A stretch of 64,000 bases of DNA from Candidatus Binataceae bacterium (lineage in GTDB: Bacteria; Desulfobacterota; Binatia; Binatales; Binataceae). A program made the position numbers and the translations under genes. The stretch spans positions 34,371-98,370 of the forward strand of contig DATJXN010000132.1 in assembly GCA_035500095.1 (NCBI GenBank), given 5' to 3'. Below are positions 1 to 9,357 of the stretch, piece by piece. A model generated the notes under the pieces. The model was not told the DNA's origin. It saw nothing but the letters and a program-made list of their open reading frames with translations, and did not search any database. Position 1 is the stretch's first letter; each line of letters begins with the position of its first letter.

Positions 1-728
1 ATCTCCTTCACCATCGAGATATTGTTGGACAACTCGGGCAACAGCGCCGCGATAACCTCGGGCGGCGCGGTGTTGATGTTCACGCGCGGCTCGGGCGCGG
101 CGGTCAGAAACTGTTGCAGCCGGAAAAAGATCGCGTCGTCCACTCCCCGAATCATCCTGAGATCGCCAATCGTGGGCATCGGGCCGTTGCGGGGTTCGTA
201 CGGCGGTATCAGCGCCAGATAGTAGTCGGCCTCGGCCCCCCCGGGTGATTCGATACTATCCGGGTCAAGCCAGTCAACTATGGCCGGAATGAGGGCCGGG
301 GATACCCCGATGATGGTAAACAGGCGCTCGAGGATCCCAAGATAGACGGGATTAGGTTGCCCGGTGCGCGGGTTGAGGAGCAGGTTGATGTCGATCTTAC
401 GTGCCTCGTCGACGATCGATACCTGCGCGATACCGCCGCCCAGCGGCACTGGCGGATACGGCTGCGCCCACGGCTCGTCCAGTCCGTCGTGCGGAGTCTT
501 GGCGAGCGCATCCTGCTGTGCGTCCGTCGACAGCAGCGAGAGCCCTACGCTTATCGCCGAGCGCGCGAGGTACTCGGAGCGCAGCTCGTTGGCCTGGCCC
601 GCGGCCGAGCGATAGCCGAGCGAGGCCGAGGTGGTGAAGTCCATCACCAGCAGCGTCATCAGCGCGAGCGCCATCATGGTGACCAGCAGGGCGACGCCGC
701 GTTCGCTCTTTTTTGCCGCGCCTACCAT
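1..728 (-). CDS. gspK: type II secretion minor pseudopilin GspK (N-terminal part; C-terminus runs off the left edge)
   Basis: Own minus-strand translation from ATG 728-726: MVGAAKKSERGVALLVTMMALALMTLLVMDF...SIVDEARKIDINLL...GAEADYYLALIPPYEPRNGPMPTIGDLRMIRGV. It has a hydrophobic N-terminal helix plus GspK-like DEaxKIniN and aDYY..PY.prN motifs. The ATG overlaps the gspJ TAG. It is absent from the ORF track because the frame is open to position 1. Confidence 0.8.
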   Translation of the reverse strand, partial: MVGAAKKSERGVALLVTMMALALMTLLVMDFTTSASLGYRSAAGQANELRSEYLARSAISVGLSLLSTDAQQDALAKTPHDGLDEPWAQPYPPVPLGGGIAQVSIVDEARKIDINLLLNPRTGQPNPVYLGILERLFTIIGVSPALIPAIVDWLDPDSIESPGGAEADYYLALIPPYEPRNGPMPTIGDLRMIRGVDDAIFFRLQQFLTAAPEPRVNINTAPPEVIAALLPELSNNISMVKE

Positions 729-1447
729 TGCGTGAACGCCATCGGCAGGGTGATCTGGGTCGCGAGCTCTAACGGCGCGCCGCCGGGACCTGCCAGCACC
801 AGGTCGATCGCGATTGCCTGCGGAAGCTGCATACCGGGAGGCAGGCTCCCTGAGTTCCAGTTCTCCAGCCAGATGTTGCCGTTGAAAAAGCGCACGTGAA
901 ACGACAGTACGTTGGCCGCGAGCACCATCGGCGGTGGAACCCTGATGCCTGCGGTGGCGCCGAGCAGCGCGCTCTGCTGCTGGCGCATCAGCATGTACCA
1001 TCCCTGGTGATCGGGGTTGGCCTGGCCGGTATAGGAAATCATCTCCTCGGCGCCGAAAGTGCTGATGCTGCGGCGATGGCCGGGGTCGAGAGTCGAGATG
1101 ATCAGGTTGTCGAACGGCGCGCCGTTCAGCATCCGTCCCTGCCCGACCAGCAGCACGTGGCTCGCGATGAGCGGCGTCTGGACCGCGCCGTGCAGCTCGT
1201 TGGTCAATTGAGCCAGCACCGCGCGCGCTTCCCGGTTGCTCAGCAGGCGGCCTTCGGCGTGCGTTTTGCCCGCAGCCACGGCATGAAACGAGCCCGCGAG
1301 AATCACCATGATCACCCCGAGGATCGCCACCGCGAGCATGATCTCGATGAGCGTGAAGCCGCGGCTCAGCGAGCGGCAGGGCGGCAGCAGCGCAGGGCGG
1401 CCGTGGGCCAAGCGTGCGGACATTTTCAATTCGCGTCCCGCCGGCAT
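722..1447 (-). CDS. gspJ: type II secretion minor pseudopilin GspJ
   Basis: Lies inside ORF 722..1960(-). Prepilin N-terminus SRGFTLIEIMLAVAILGVIMVIL (G/FTLxE motif), positioned between gspI and gspK. The upstream part of the 412-aa ORF is Arg/Ala-rich and overlaps gspI, so the start is set at ATG 1447, 3 nt after the gspI stop; ATG 1423 is the alternative. Confidence 0.75.
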   Translation of the reverse strand: MPAGRELKMSARLAHGRPALLPPCRSLSRGFTLIEIMLAVAILGVIMVILAGSFHAVAAGKTHAEGRLLSNREARAVLAQLTNELHGAVQTPLIASHVLLVGQGRMLNGAPFDNLIISTLDPGHRRSISTFGAEEMISYTGQANPDHQGWYMLMRQQQSALLGATAGIRVPPPMVLAANVLSFHVRFFNGNIWLENWNSGSLPPGMQLPQAIAIDLVLAGPGGAPLELATQITLPMAFTQW

Positions 1448-1449
1448 CT

Positions 1450-1992
1450 TCAATCCACCGGCGCCGCGCCGGGCGCTTCCGCCGGCGGTTGCGAGCCCTG
1501 CAGCGCCGGGTTCTGCGGCGCCTGACTCTGCGGCGTCGCTAACTGCGGCACCGGATTGTGCAGGAACTCGACCAGCCCGTAGTCGCGGCCCAGGCGCGGG
1601 CCGTAAATGACGTGGATTTCGACTTTGCGCAGATCGGGGAAGTTTCCCGACGGTTCGACGGAGCGGGTCCAACGGAAACCGGGATACTGGCCGGCATACA
1701 TCTGGTCGAAGTTGCCGCTGCTGGTGCCGAGCGGCGGAAAGCGCTCCAGCTCGGCCTGCGTCATCACCGCCTGCGCGAGCATCGCCGCGCGCGTCATTTC
1801 CTGTCCGCGCACAACGCTTTGAAGGTCCTGATGCTCCAGCGACAGCAGCGCGAGCATTGCGATGCCAAGCACGGCGATCGCGATCAGAACCTCGAGCAGG
1901 GTGAAGCCGCGGCCGGCGGCGCGCGCGATCTCTTTGCGCAGCTTCGGGACACCGGCGCAATCCTGCGCGGCGCGCGTGAAAGAGGCGCTCAT
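1450..1992 (-). CDS. gspI: type II secretion minor pseudopilin GspI
   Basis: GRGFTLLEVLIAIAVLGIAMLALL prepilin motif and operon position. Its ATG overlaps the gspH TGA (ATGA). Pro/Gln/Ala-rich C-terminal tail. Confidence 0.8.
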   Translation of the reverse strand: MSASFTRAAQDCAGVPKLRKEIARAAGRGFTLLEVLIAIAVLGIAMLALLSLEHQDLQSVVRGQEMTRAAMLAQAVMTQAELERFPPLGTSSGNFDQMYAGQYPGFRWTRSVEPSGNFPDLRKVEIHVIYGPRLGRDYGLVEFLHNPVPQLATPQSQAPQNPALQGSQPPAEAPGAAPVD

Positions 1993-2519
1993 TGATTCGC
2001 CGCGAGCGCCCGTATCGGCGGCAGGTCGCCGCTTTCGATCGCGACGTTGCCGGTCAGCGGATTGAAACTGAGCGTCATGACCTCGCCCGAGACCGTGACG
2101 ATGTGGATCACCGTCGCGTCCACGTAGCCGTCGGGGTAGAACTGGCAGCTAATCGAGCCAATCTTTACGCCGCCGATGCCCTCGACCGAGACGTCGCGGA
2201 GCTTCAGCCCTGGCGGCATCGCGACCTGGAAACCCCAGGACCCGCTATAGGGAATGAACTGAGGCTGAGGCGCATAGGGATCCAGGCGCATGACGAAGTA
2301 GCTGTTGTTGTCGAGGTCGAAGGTCATCTTGTAGATGACCTTCTCGATCGAGGCCTGGTCGTAAAGATAATTGGCCCTGCCGGCCAGGCGGCGCGACTCG
2401 CTCTTGAGCTGCGCGCCGTGGAAACCTCCCAGGTAGGGGATCGCGAGCGTCATTACCAGCCCCATGATGAAGATGACGACCGCGATTTCGAGCAGGGTGA
2501 AGCCGGAAGCGGCGCGCAT
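1989..2519 (-). CDS. gspH: type II secretion minor pseudopilin GspH
   Basis: MRAASGFTLLEIAVVIFIMGLVMTL prepilin motif within ORF 1989..2729(-). Start placed at ATG 2519. An in-frame GTG at 2612 overlaps the gspG stop (GTGA) and is an alternative that would give a long leader. Confidence 0.7.
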   Translation of the reverse strand: MRAASGFTLLEIAVVIFIMGLVMTLAIPYLGGFHGAQLKSESRRLAGRANYLYDQASIEKVIYKMTFDLDNNSYFVMRLDPYAPQPQFIPYSGSWGFQVAMPPGLKLRDVSVEGIGGVKIGSISCQFYPDGYVDATVIHIVTVSGEVMTLSFNPLTGNVAIESGDLPPIRALAANQ

Positions 2520-2608
2520 CGCGGGGTGCCGGGTAGGACTCGCGCCGCGCCGCGGACGAATGGCCGGCGGACGGTCATCCGCCAGCGCGAGCTTGAAACG
2601 GATTCGGC

Positions 2609-3070
2609 TCACGACGAACTGCCGTCGATATCCTCGTCCTTGCCGGTGCCTCCGGGCTTGCCGTCGGCGCCGAACGATTTGAGCACGTAGGCGTTGCCGT
2701 CGCTCTGGTAGAAGTAGGAGGTGCCCCACGGATCGAGCGGAATCTTTTCGATGTAGCCGCCCTGCTCGTAGTTGGCGGGCTGGCGGCCGCCGGTCGGCGG
2801 ACTGACCAGCGCCGTCAGGCCCTGGTCGCTGGTCGGATAGTAGCCGTTGTCCAGATAATAGCGGTCGAGCGCTGTCTTCAGCTCGGAGATGTCGGCCTGG
2901 GCCTTGGTGCGCTTGGCCTTGTCGGTGGCGCCTCTGAGGCTCTGCACCACGATCGTGGCGAGGAGCCCGAGAATCAGGATCACCACCATGATCTCGATCA
3001 GCGTGAAGCCCGGCGCGAACCTGCGCCGCCGCGGCATTGAATCCATAAACGTGCGCCCCCGTTTGGTCAT
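2609..3070 (-). CDS. gspG: type II secretion major pseudopilin GspG
   Basis: RRRFAPGFTLIEIMVVILILGLLATIVV plus a conserved GspG core (ALDRYYLDNGYYPT...PLDPWG..Y). ATGA overlap with the gspF stop. Confidence 0.92.
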   Translation of the reverse strand: MTKRGRTFMDSMPRRRRFAPGFTLIEIMVVILILGLLATIVVQSLRGATDKAKRTKAQADISELKTALDRYYLDNGYYPTSDQGLTALVSPPTGGRQPANYEQGGYIEKIPLDPWGTSYFYQSDGNAYVLKSFGADGKPGGTGKDEDIDGSSS

Positions 3071-4287
3071 TTCATCAACTGGTTCAACTGGAATATCGGC
3101 AGCAGGATCGCCAGCATCATGAACAGGATAATCCCCGCCATCGCCAAGGTCATCAGGGGTTCCAGCAGCGTCGTCAACTGGTTGAGCGAGCGCTCGACCT
3201 CGCGCTCATAGGTGTCGGCCACCCGCTCGAGCATCGACTCGACCTCGCCCGTGCGCTCGCCCACGCGGATCATCTCGATCAAGAGCGGCGGGAACAGCCC
3301 GCTCTGGGCGAGCGGATGAGTCATCCCGTGTCCCTCGCGAATCGAGGTGCGGCTTTGCTCGATGGTGTCGGCGAGCAGCGCGTTGGTAATCACGTGCTTG
3401 ACCGAGGCGAGTGCGGGCAGCAACTGTACGCCGCTTTGCAGCATCGTCGCGAGTGTGCGTGAAAAACGCGCGCACAGTACTCGCGTCACCGTGCCGCCGA
3501 TATACGGTATCCGCAGGAGCCAGGTGTCATAAAGGCGCCGTCCGCGCCGCGTCGAGAGCGCGTACGTCACGGCGGCGACGATTGCGGCGATTGCCAGCAG
3601 CAGGACCATCCAATAGTTCGAAACGAAATTCGAGATCGCAATCAGGATGACCGTGGGGAGCGGCAGCGCGGCGTTGTTCTGCTGGAAGATGGTCGCGACC
3701 TGGGGGACCACGTAACCCATCAGGAAAAACATGATCGCGCTGCCGACGCAGACCATGATTATCGGGTAGGTCAGCGCATGGGTCACCTTGGCCTTGAACT
3801 CGGCCTGGCTCTCGCTGAAATCGGCTACGCGGTTGAGCACGGTTTCGAGCGCTCCGGCCGCCTCGCCAGCCCGCACCATCCCGATGTACAGGTCGGAAAA
3901 GGTGTCAGGATGGGCCGCGAGCGCGTCGCCGAGCGATGTTCCCTCGCGTACGCGCTCACGGATCTGCGAGAGCAGACGTTTGGTCACCGCCCGCGCCGAC
4001 TGATCGGCAAGCGCGGCGAGCGCGTCAACCAGCTGCACGCCGGCGCCAAGCAGCGAGCTTAGCTGGCGCGTCAGGAGGGAAAGTTCGGAGGGCGGGATGC
4101 GCCGGCCGAAAGAGGGCAGGTAGTCGCTCAGGCTGCGCCTGACCGCCTGCTCCGCTTCGGCGAGTTCGGTGGGGAAGATGCCGCGATCGCGCAACTTGCC
4201 GCGCGCGGTGCGCACGCTGTCGGCATCGACGACGCCGGTCACCGAGCGGCCATTGGCGGCCAATCCGCGATAGGCGAAAACAGGCAT
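3067..4287 (-). CDS. gspF: type II secretion inner-membrane platform protein GspF
   Basis: 406 aa, duplicated GspF-type architecture with three hydrophobic segments, N-terminus MPVFAYRGL..G..V.G..., located between gspE and gspG. Confidence 0.9.
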   Translation of the reverse strand: MPVFAYRGLAANGRSVTGVVDADSVRTARGKLRDRGIFPTELAEAEQAVRRSLSDYLPSFGRRIPPSELSLLTRQLSSLLGAGVQLVDALAALADQSARAVTKRLLSQIRERVREGTSLGDALAAHPDTFSDLYIGMVRAGEAAGALETVLNRVADFSESQAEFKAKVTHALTYPIIMVCVGSAIMFFLMGYVVPQVATIFQQNNAALPLPTVILIAISNFVSNYWMVLLLAIAAIVAAVTYALSTRRGRRLYDTWLLRIPYIGGTVTRVLCARFSRTLATMLQSGVQLLPALASVKHVITNALLADTIEQSRTSIREGHGMTHPLAQSGLFPPLLIEMIRVGERTGEVESMLERVADTYEREVERSLNQLTTLLEPLMTLAMAGIILFMMLAILLPIFQLNQLMK

Positions 4288-4316
4288 CGCTGCTGAACTT
4301 TAGAACGCCGGGGCGC

Positions 4317-6038
4317 CTACAGAATATCTTCCTGCGTCACGCGCAACAGCTCTTCGACGGTGGTCTCGCCCTGCAGCACACGCTCGGCGCCGTTCTGGCG
4401 CAGGAGCTTCATCCCGCGCGAGGTGCAGGCGCGCCGGATCGTCGCCGCGTCCGCCTTCTGCATCACGAGCGTGCGAACCTCGTCGTCCATCAGCATCAGC
4501 TCCTGGATGGCGGTTCGGCCGCGGTATCCGGTATTGCGGCAGGCGCGGCATCCGTTGGCCGACGGACGGTAGAGCGGGCCCTTCAGGTCCTCGGGATGCA
4601 CCCCGATGCGTGTGAGTTCGGCGGGGGTCGGCGTGTAAGGCTCGCGGCAGGTCGGGCAGACCATTCGAACCAGGCGCTGCGCGACTACCGCCAGGATCGA
4701 CGAGGAGACCAGGAACGGCTCGATTCCCATGTCGACCAGCCGGGTCAGCGCGCCGAAGGAGTCGTTGGTATGGAGGGTCGAGAAGACCAGATGGCCGGTC
4801 AGCGCCGCGTGGATCGCGATTTCGGCGGTTTCGCTGTCGCGGATTTCGCCGACCATGATCACGTCAGGGTCCTGGCGCAGGATCGAGCGCAGGCCGCTTG
4901 CGAAAGTGAGTTCGATCTTCGGATTGACCTGCATCTGGCCGATGCCGCGCAACTGGTACTCGATCGGGTCTTCGATCGTGATGATGTTTTTCTCGGGGGA
5001 ATTGATCCGCGCGAGACAGGCATAGAGCGAAGTGGTCTTGCCCGATCCGGTAGGTCCGGTCGCCAGAATGATGCCGTGGCTTTGGCGAATCAGCCGATCG
5101 ATACGCGCCAGGTTGTCGCCCGTGAAGCCGAGCCGATCGAGATTGAGATCGACCAGTGCCTGCGCGCGGTCGAGCAGGCGGAGCACAATCCGCTCGCCGA
5201 AGGCGGTCGGAATGGTCGAGACGCGGATGTCGATGTCGCGGCCGGCCACGCGCAGGCGGATGCGTCCGTCTTGCGGCAGGCGCTTTTCGGCGATGTTGAG
5301 GCCAGCCATGACCTTGACCCGTGAGGTTATCGCCGGCTGAAAGCGCTTGGGCGGCGAGATCACGTCGTAGAGCATGCCGTCGACGCGGAATCGCACCATC
5401 AGCTCGCGCTCGAACGGCTCGACGTGGATGTCGCTCGCGCGGTCCTTGACCGCCTGCGAGAGCAAGCCGTTGACCAGCTTGATGATCGGCGCAGCGTCGT
5501 CGGAGTCGAGGAGGTCGAGCGGCTCCTGCGCGAGTTCGTTGGCGACGACGTCCAGGCGATCCTCTTCGAGGTCGATCATCAGGTCCTGCGCGGTCGTGGT
5601 GGTGGCCTGGTCGTACGAGCGATTGATCGCGTCGGTCAGCACTTCGGTCGGCACGACCACCGGATGCACCGGCATCCCGAACAGCATGCGCAGGTCGTCG
5701 AGCGGCTCGTAGTTGGCCGGGTCGGAAATCGCGACAGTCACGCTATGGCCGTCGCCGCTAAGCGGCAGGACGCCGTTTTTCTTGGCGTAATTGATCGGCA
5801 CTTTGCCGAGCAACGCCGAATCGATCGCATGCTCGTCGACATGGGCTTGAAAGGGCAGCCAGTATTCCTGCGCGAGCGCCCGCGCCAGTCGCTGCGGCTC
5901 GAGCGCCCCCATATCGACCAGCACGTCGGCGAGGTCCTGCCCCGGCTTCTTGCGCTGGCGCGCGCGTTCCAGGTCCTGTTCGGATACCCAGGAACGGTCC
6001 AAGAGAATTGATTCGAAAGTCTTCTTTGCCGTCGCCAT
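4317..6038 (-). CDS. gspE: type II secretion ATPase GspE
   Basis: 573 aa with Walker A GPTGSGKTT, the conserved VGEIRD box, the tetracysteine CPTC...CRAC motif and an N-terminal T2SSE_N-like domain. Confidence 0.95.
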   Translation of the reverse strand: MATAKKTFESILLDRSWVSEQDLERARQRKKPGQDLADVLVDMGALEPQRLARALAQEYWLPFQAHVDEHAIDSALLGKVPINYAKKNGVLPLSGDGHSVTVAISDPANYEPLDDLRMLFGMPVHPVVVPTEVLTDAINRSYDQATTTTAQDLMIDLEEDRLDVVANELAQEPLDLLDSDDAAPIIKLVNGLLSQAVKDRASDIHVEPFERELMVRFRVDGMLYDVISPPKRFQPAITSRVKVMAGLNIAEKRLPQDGRIRLRVAGRDIDIRVSTIPTAFGERIVLRLLDRAQALVDLNLDRLGFTGDNLARIDRLIRQSHGIILATGPTGSGKTTSLYACLARINSPEKNIITIEDPIEYQLRGIGQMQVNPKIELTFASGLRSILRQDPDVIMVGEIRDSETAEIAIHAALTGHLVFSTLHTNDSFGALTRLVDMGIEPFLVSSSILAVVAQRLVRMVCPTCREPYTPTPAELTRIGVHPEDLKGPLYRPSANGCRACRNTGYRGRTAIQELMLMDDEVRTLVMQKADAATIRRACTSRGMKLLRQNGAERVLQGETTVEELLRVTQEDIL

Positions 6039-6338
6039 CGGATCAATTCTTCGCCAGCCTACCGCCCTCAGTGTCGATGACTAGGCGTCCCTTGCGATTA
6101 CACGCCTTCCGTGTTCCGTTAGAGATTAGACACGATGGTTCGGTCGCCATGCAACATCCTCATCGCCAGCCGAGCCTAAAGGCGGTCCCAATTCACGGTT
6201 TTACCACCGAATTCGGGCGAACTCGTCCGGTCAAAGCGCCGCGCGGCAGGAGGGAGACCCGATGCCGGTTTGCTTCGGACGAACAAGGAGTATTAAAAGC
6301 CGCGGAATGATGCGGGCGGGTATCCTCGTCCAACCGGC

Positions 6339-6782
6339 CTAGTAGTGGCGTTTGTTGCCGGTAGTCGAGCCGGGACCGCGCACGCCGAAACTCAGACCGG
6401 GGCCGCCCGTCTTTGAGGGCATCGTATGGGTCGCTTCCTTCCACGAAGTCAGCTTGCCGTCCACGAAAGTCAAGTCAACGAATTCCCCCGAATCGCCTTC
6501 CTTGGTGTTGGTGTAGAGCAGGGTGGCAGCGACGTCATTGGTGTTGGAGCGTTTGGCATAACTCCAGATTTGCGTGTCCTGATCGGCATCCTGGCGGATA
6601 TCGGGCTCGCCCCACTGATTGTGCACTTCCACGGTGCTCTCGCCGACCTTGAGGTCGCGCTGCATGCGCGAGGCCCGCATCTCGGTCGAGGCCTGATAGG
6701 CGACACCGCATCCGCCAAGCGCGACAGCGAGAGCGACGACGAAAACGAGGCGCGGTTCCATCGCGCAGAATTTCGTCATCAT
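6339..6782 (-). CDS. lipoprotein with SmpA/OmlA (BamE-like) motif
   Basis: Signal peptide ending in lipobox LGGC. VGESTVEVHNQWGEPD resembles the BamE-family lkvGmt..qV...lG.P motif. Function not established. Confidence 0.55.
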   Translation of the reverse strand: MMTKFCAMEPRLVFVVALAVALGGCGVAYQASTEMRASRMQRDLKVGESTVEVHNQWGEPDIRQDADQDTQIWSYAKRSNTNDVAATLLYTNTKEGDSGEFVDLTFVDGKLTSWKEATHTMPSKTGGPGLSFGVRGPGSTTGNKRHY

Positions 6783-6866
6783 CGGGCATCGAAGTCAACT
6801 TGAAGCCCGCGGCGAGCGGCGGCGGCGCGCGACGGTTCCCGGGAGTTGCGAGATACAAGTCAGGCT

Positions 6867-7100
6867 CTATGGCCCGTTGAGGCAGCCGTCCTGACCGCGG
6901 CTGTTTGGATAGCCGGTGCCTGAGTTATAGGCCGCGTTGGACCACAATCCCTGGATTTTCCAGATGGTGCCGTTGCTGAAGGTCACGTACGGCGCACCGA
7001 CCGTCCACGCGCACTTGTCGCCATTCTCCTCGCCCGACGCGTCATACCAGCCGCCCGAGGTCGGATCCGTCCGAGCTTCCGACAGTTCATGTCCGTTCAC
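6867..7100 (-). CDS. hypothetical protein; probably the C-terminal remnant of a larger secreted protein
   Basis: GTG-initiated 77-codon ORF. An in-frame TAA lies only 10 codons upstream (7131-7133), and the neighbouring gene ends at 7138. The HELSEARTDP..GWYD..G.E.GDKCAW pattern looks like the end of a longer domain. Confidence 0.4.
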   Translation of the reverse strand: MNGHELSEARTDPTSGGWYDASGEENGDKCAWTVGAPYVTFSNGTIWKIQGLWSNAAYNSGTGYPNSRGQDGCLNGP

Positions 7101-7137
7101 GATAATCGGGCAGCGGTAAAAGGTTGAGGTTTAAAAC

Positions 7138-7695
7138 TCAGACAAGACGTTTGAACAGGCCCGGATAGGTAACAACCCGACCGTTCTCGTCAACCTCAAT
7201 CTCGCGGACGAAGTCGCTGTCCAGCGATTCGTATCTGTAGCGACGCAGCAGCTCGAGGCAGGTGTACCGCTGGGGGTCGCATACGATCGCGAGGTCGGGG
7301 AAGTGCACGTATGCGACCCGGATTTCTGCGGAACTTCCTTTGGTCAGGTTCAGGCGACGAATCGGCAGGGTGTTGGTAACCGGGCTCACCGAAAGGTCTA
7401 TATCGATCGCGCCGTCGAGCGCGGGCAGAGCATTGCCCGACCCGTCGGTCCATTGCCCGCGACCGTTGCTTGCGAATTCCGCCTGGCGTCGCTCACCAAC
7501 AATCTCGACCGACGCGTGCTCCGGAGTCCACGAGGCGTTGCATCGAATTTGATAGGTGGCCGCGAAATTCTCGCCCTCGGCGATACCGATTACGACCCCG
7601 TCCGCGCTATTCGAGTTATCGGTGCATCTGAGGACGGTATGCTCGATTCCCTTGCCGGACCAACCCTGCCACCGCGCGACAATGATCGTCTCCAT
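7138..7695 (-). CDS. putative glycolipid-binding family protein (DUF1089-like)
   Basis: METIIVARWQGW...SPVTNTLPIRRLNL...QRYTCLE..RYRYES...TYPGLFKRL matches my memory of the family signature. Start moved to ATG 7695 to avoid overlapping the upstream gene. Confidence 0.75.
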   Translation of the reverse strand: METIIVARWQGWSGKGIEHTVLRCTDNSNSADGVVIGIAEGENFAATYQIRCNASWTPEHASVEIVGERRQAEFASNGRGQWTDGSGNALPALDGAIDIDLSVSPVTNTLPIRRLNLTKGSSAEIRVAYVHFPDLAIVCDPQRYTCLELLRRYRYESLDSDFVREIEVDENGRVVTYPGLFKRLV

Positions 7696-7723
7696 AGAAG
7701 TATTGAACTCCCGCAACGCGTGC

Positions 7724-8905
7724 TCAAACGAAAATGTCGGCCGGGAAGCCGCGCTCGTTGATGAAGGTGCCCATATCGGCCATCGCAAAGGTTCGCCCGG
7801 CGCGCTGCGGATTGTTGAGCGCGTGGGCGCGCATCGCGTGCACTTCGCGGAAGTAACGCTGGATCGGATTGTCCTGGAAAATGGCGCGCCCGCCGCTCGA
7901 CTCGAACATCAGGTCAACCGCGTGCACGCTCAGTTGCACCGCGTTGGCCGCGTCCCAGCGCAGCCGCGCGCGCCGTGCGACGCCTATCTCGCGCCCCTCC
8001 GCGGCAAGGCGCATCATCTCGTCGAACGTGTCGAGCATCCGCTGCCCCGCGGCGTCCACCGCTGAGGCGGCCTCCGCCAGACGCATCTGCGCGAACGGAT
8101 CCTCGGCGACCATCTTGTGGTCGTAGGCGGTGCGCCGCGCGCGGCTTCCCTCGCGCCAGCAATCCAGCGCGCCCATCGCGGCGCCCACCGCCGGCGCCGC
8201 GATCGCGTAGGCGAACACCGACGCCCACGCGAGCCTGTACAGCGCGCCCGGATTGACCGCCTGGCCGGGATTGTCGCGGTTGTACGCGTCGAGGAATTTG
8301 TGCGTGCGATATTCGGGCACGAAGGCGCCGCTGACCACAATATCCTTGCTGCCCGACCCGCTGAGCCCCATCACGCGCCAGTTGTCGTCGATCTCGTAGT
8401 CGGCGCGCGGCAGCAGGTAGCTCCGCGCGTCGGGTGTGCCGTCGGGATTGCGCGTCGCGCCGCCAAGAATCACCCAGTGGCAGAAATCGCATCCGCTCGA
8501 GAACGACCATCTCCCGCTCACTTTGAAGCCGCCTTCGACGCGCTCGATCTTGCCGGTGGGCGCGTACGAGGACGAGGCCTGGACGGTCGAGTCCGCGCCC
8601 CACACATCCTGTTGCGCGCGCTCGGGGAACGCGGCGAGTTGCCATGAATGGACGCCGAGCACGCCGAGCACCCATCCGGTTGACGGGCACGCCGCCCCAA
8701 CTTCCATGACCGCGCGATAAAAAGCCGCCGGATGAAGCTCGAACCCGCCCCATCGCGTGGGCTGCAGCGCGCGCAGCAGTTCCGCGCGCTGAAAATCCGC
8801 CCAGCTCTCGTCGGGCAGACGCCGGGTGCGTTCGGTCAGCGCGGTGCGCTCGCGAAAGCCGGGAACAAGCTTGCGCACGCGCTCGAGATATTCGTCGCCA
8901 TTCAT
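7724..8905 (-). CDS. acyl-CoA dehydrogenase-fold flavin-dependent monooxygenase (HsaA/HpaB-C2-like oxygenase component)
   Basis: 393 aa; acyl-CoA-dehydrogenase-like layout with the W..G..SGS and RY.RE.ha...H motifs typical of two-component flavin monooxygenase oxygenase subunits. Confidence 0.8.
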   Translation of the reverse strand: MNGDEYLERVRKLVPGFRERTALTERTRRLPDESWADFQRAELLRALQPTRWGGFELHPAAFYRAVMEVGAACPSTGWVLGVLGVHSWQLAAFPERAQQDVWGADSTVQASSSYAPTGKIERVEGGFKVSGRWSFSSGCDFCHWVILGGATRNPDGTPDARSYLLPRADYEIDDNWRVMGLSGSGSKDIVVSGAFVPEYRTHKFLDAYNRDNPGQAVNPGALYRLAWASVFAYAIAAPAVGAAMGALDCWREGSRARRTAYDHKMVAEDPFAQMRLAEAASAVDAAGQRMLDTFDEMMRLAAEGREIGVARRARLRWDAANAVQLSVHAVDLMFESSGGRAIFQDNPIQRYFREVHAMRAHALNNPQRAGRTFAMADMGTFINERGFPADIFV

Positions 8906-9102
8906 TTCGAATCGCCTCGCCTGGCGCCGCCGCTATTGCAGCCCCGCCTGACCGGCGCGGGCGGATCGCCGCGGCTAGCTTCCTGCATCGGGCCCGCCAA
9001 CTTCAACTCCGCCCGCGCAGGCGCAGTGGGGCATGCGGGTGACTGGCGCAAAGCCATTCGTGCTATAACCGCTGCCGTTGGTCGGCGAGGGAGGAGGAAT
9101 CG

Positions 9103-9342
9103 ATGCCGCGCAAGCTACGGCTGGTCAAGGGCGCTGCGGAGCGCGCCGCGCTGGTTTACGGGATGCGGGTCTTTACCCAGGGCGACGTCTCGGGCGTCGA
9201 GGACGCGCAGGTGCGGCTTAACGACGGCAGCACGGGACGGATCGCGATGCATCTGATCGAAGGCACGCGCGCGCAGATTCGCCGCCAGCTTATGCAGAGT
9301 ATCGACGCCTTTTTCGAACTGCTCGAAGACGCGGAACGCTAA
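9103..9342 (+). CDS. hypothetical small protein
   Basis: 79 codons with a strong SD (gagggaggagg) just upstream of the ATG, 15 nt upstream of the crotonase gene. No recognisable motif. Confidence 0.55.
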   Translation: MPRKLRLVKGAAERAALVYGMRVFTQGDVSGVEDAQVRLNDGSTGRIAMHLIEGTRAQIRRQLMQSIDAFFELLEDAER

Positions 9343-9357
9343 AAAGCGAGGCAAACG

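Noticed and set aside
5850-5960. MshEN-type c-di-GMP-binding motif in the GspE N-terminal domain
   Set aside because: The stretch DLADVLVDMGALEPQRLARALAQE matches the spacing of hydrophobic positions. It lacks the leading Arg (RLG is replaced by DLA) and the terminal Gln is out of register, so the evidence is too weak.
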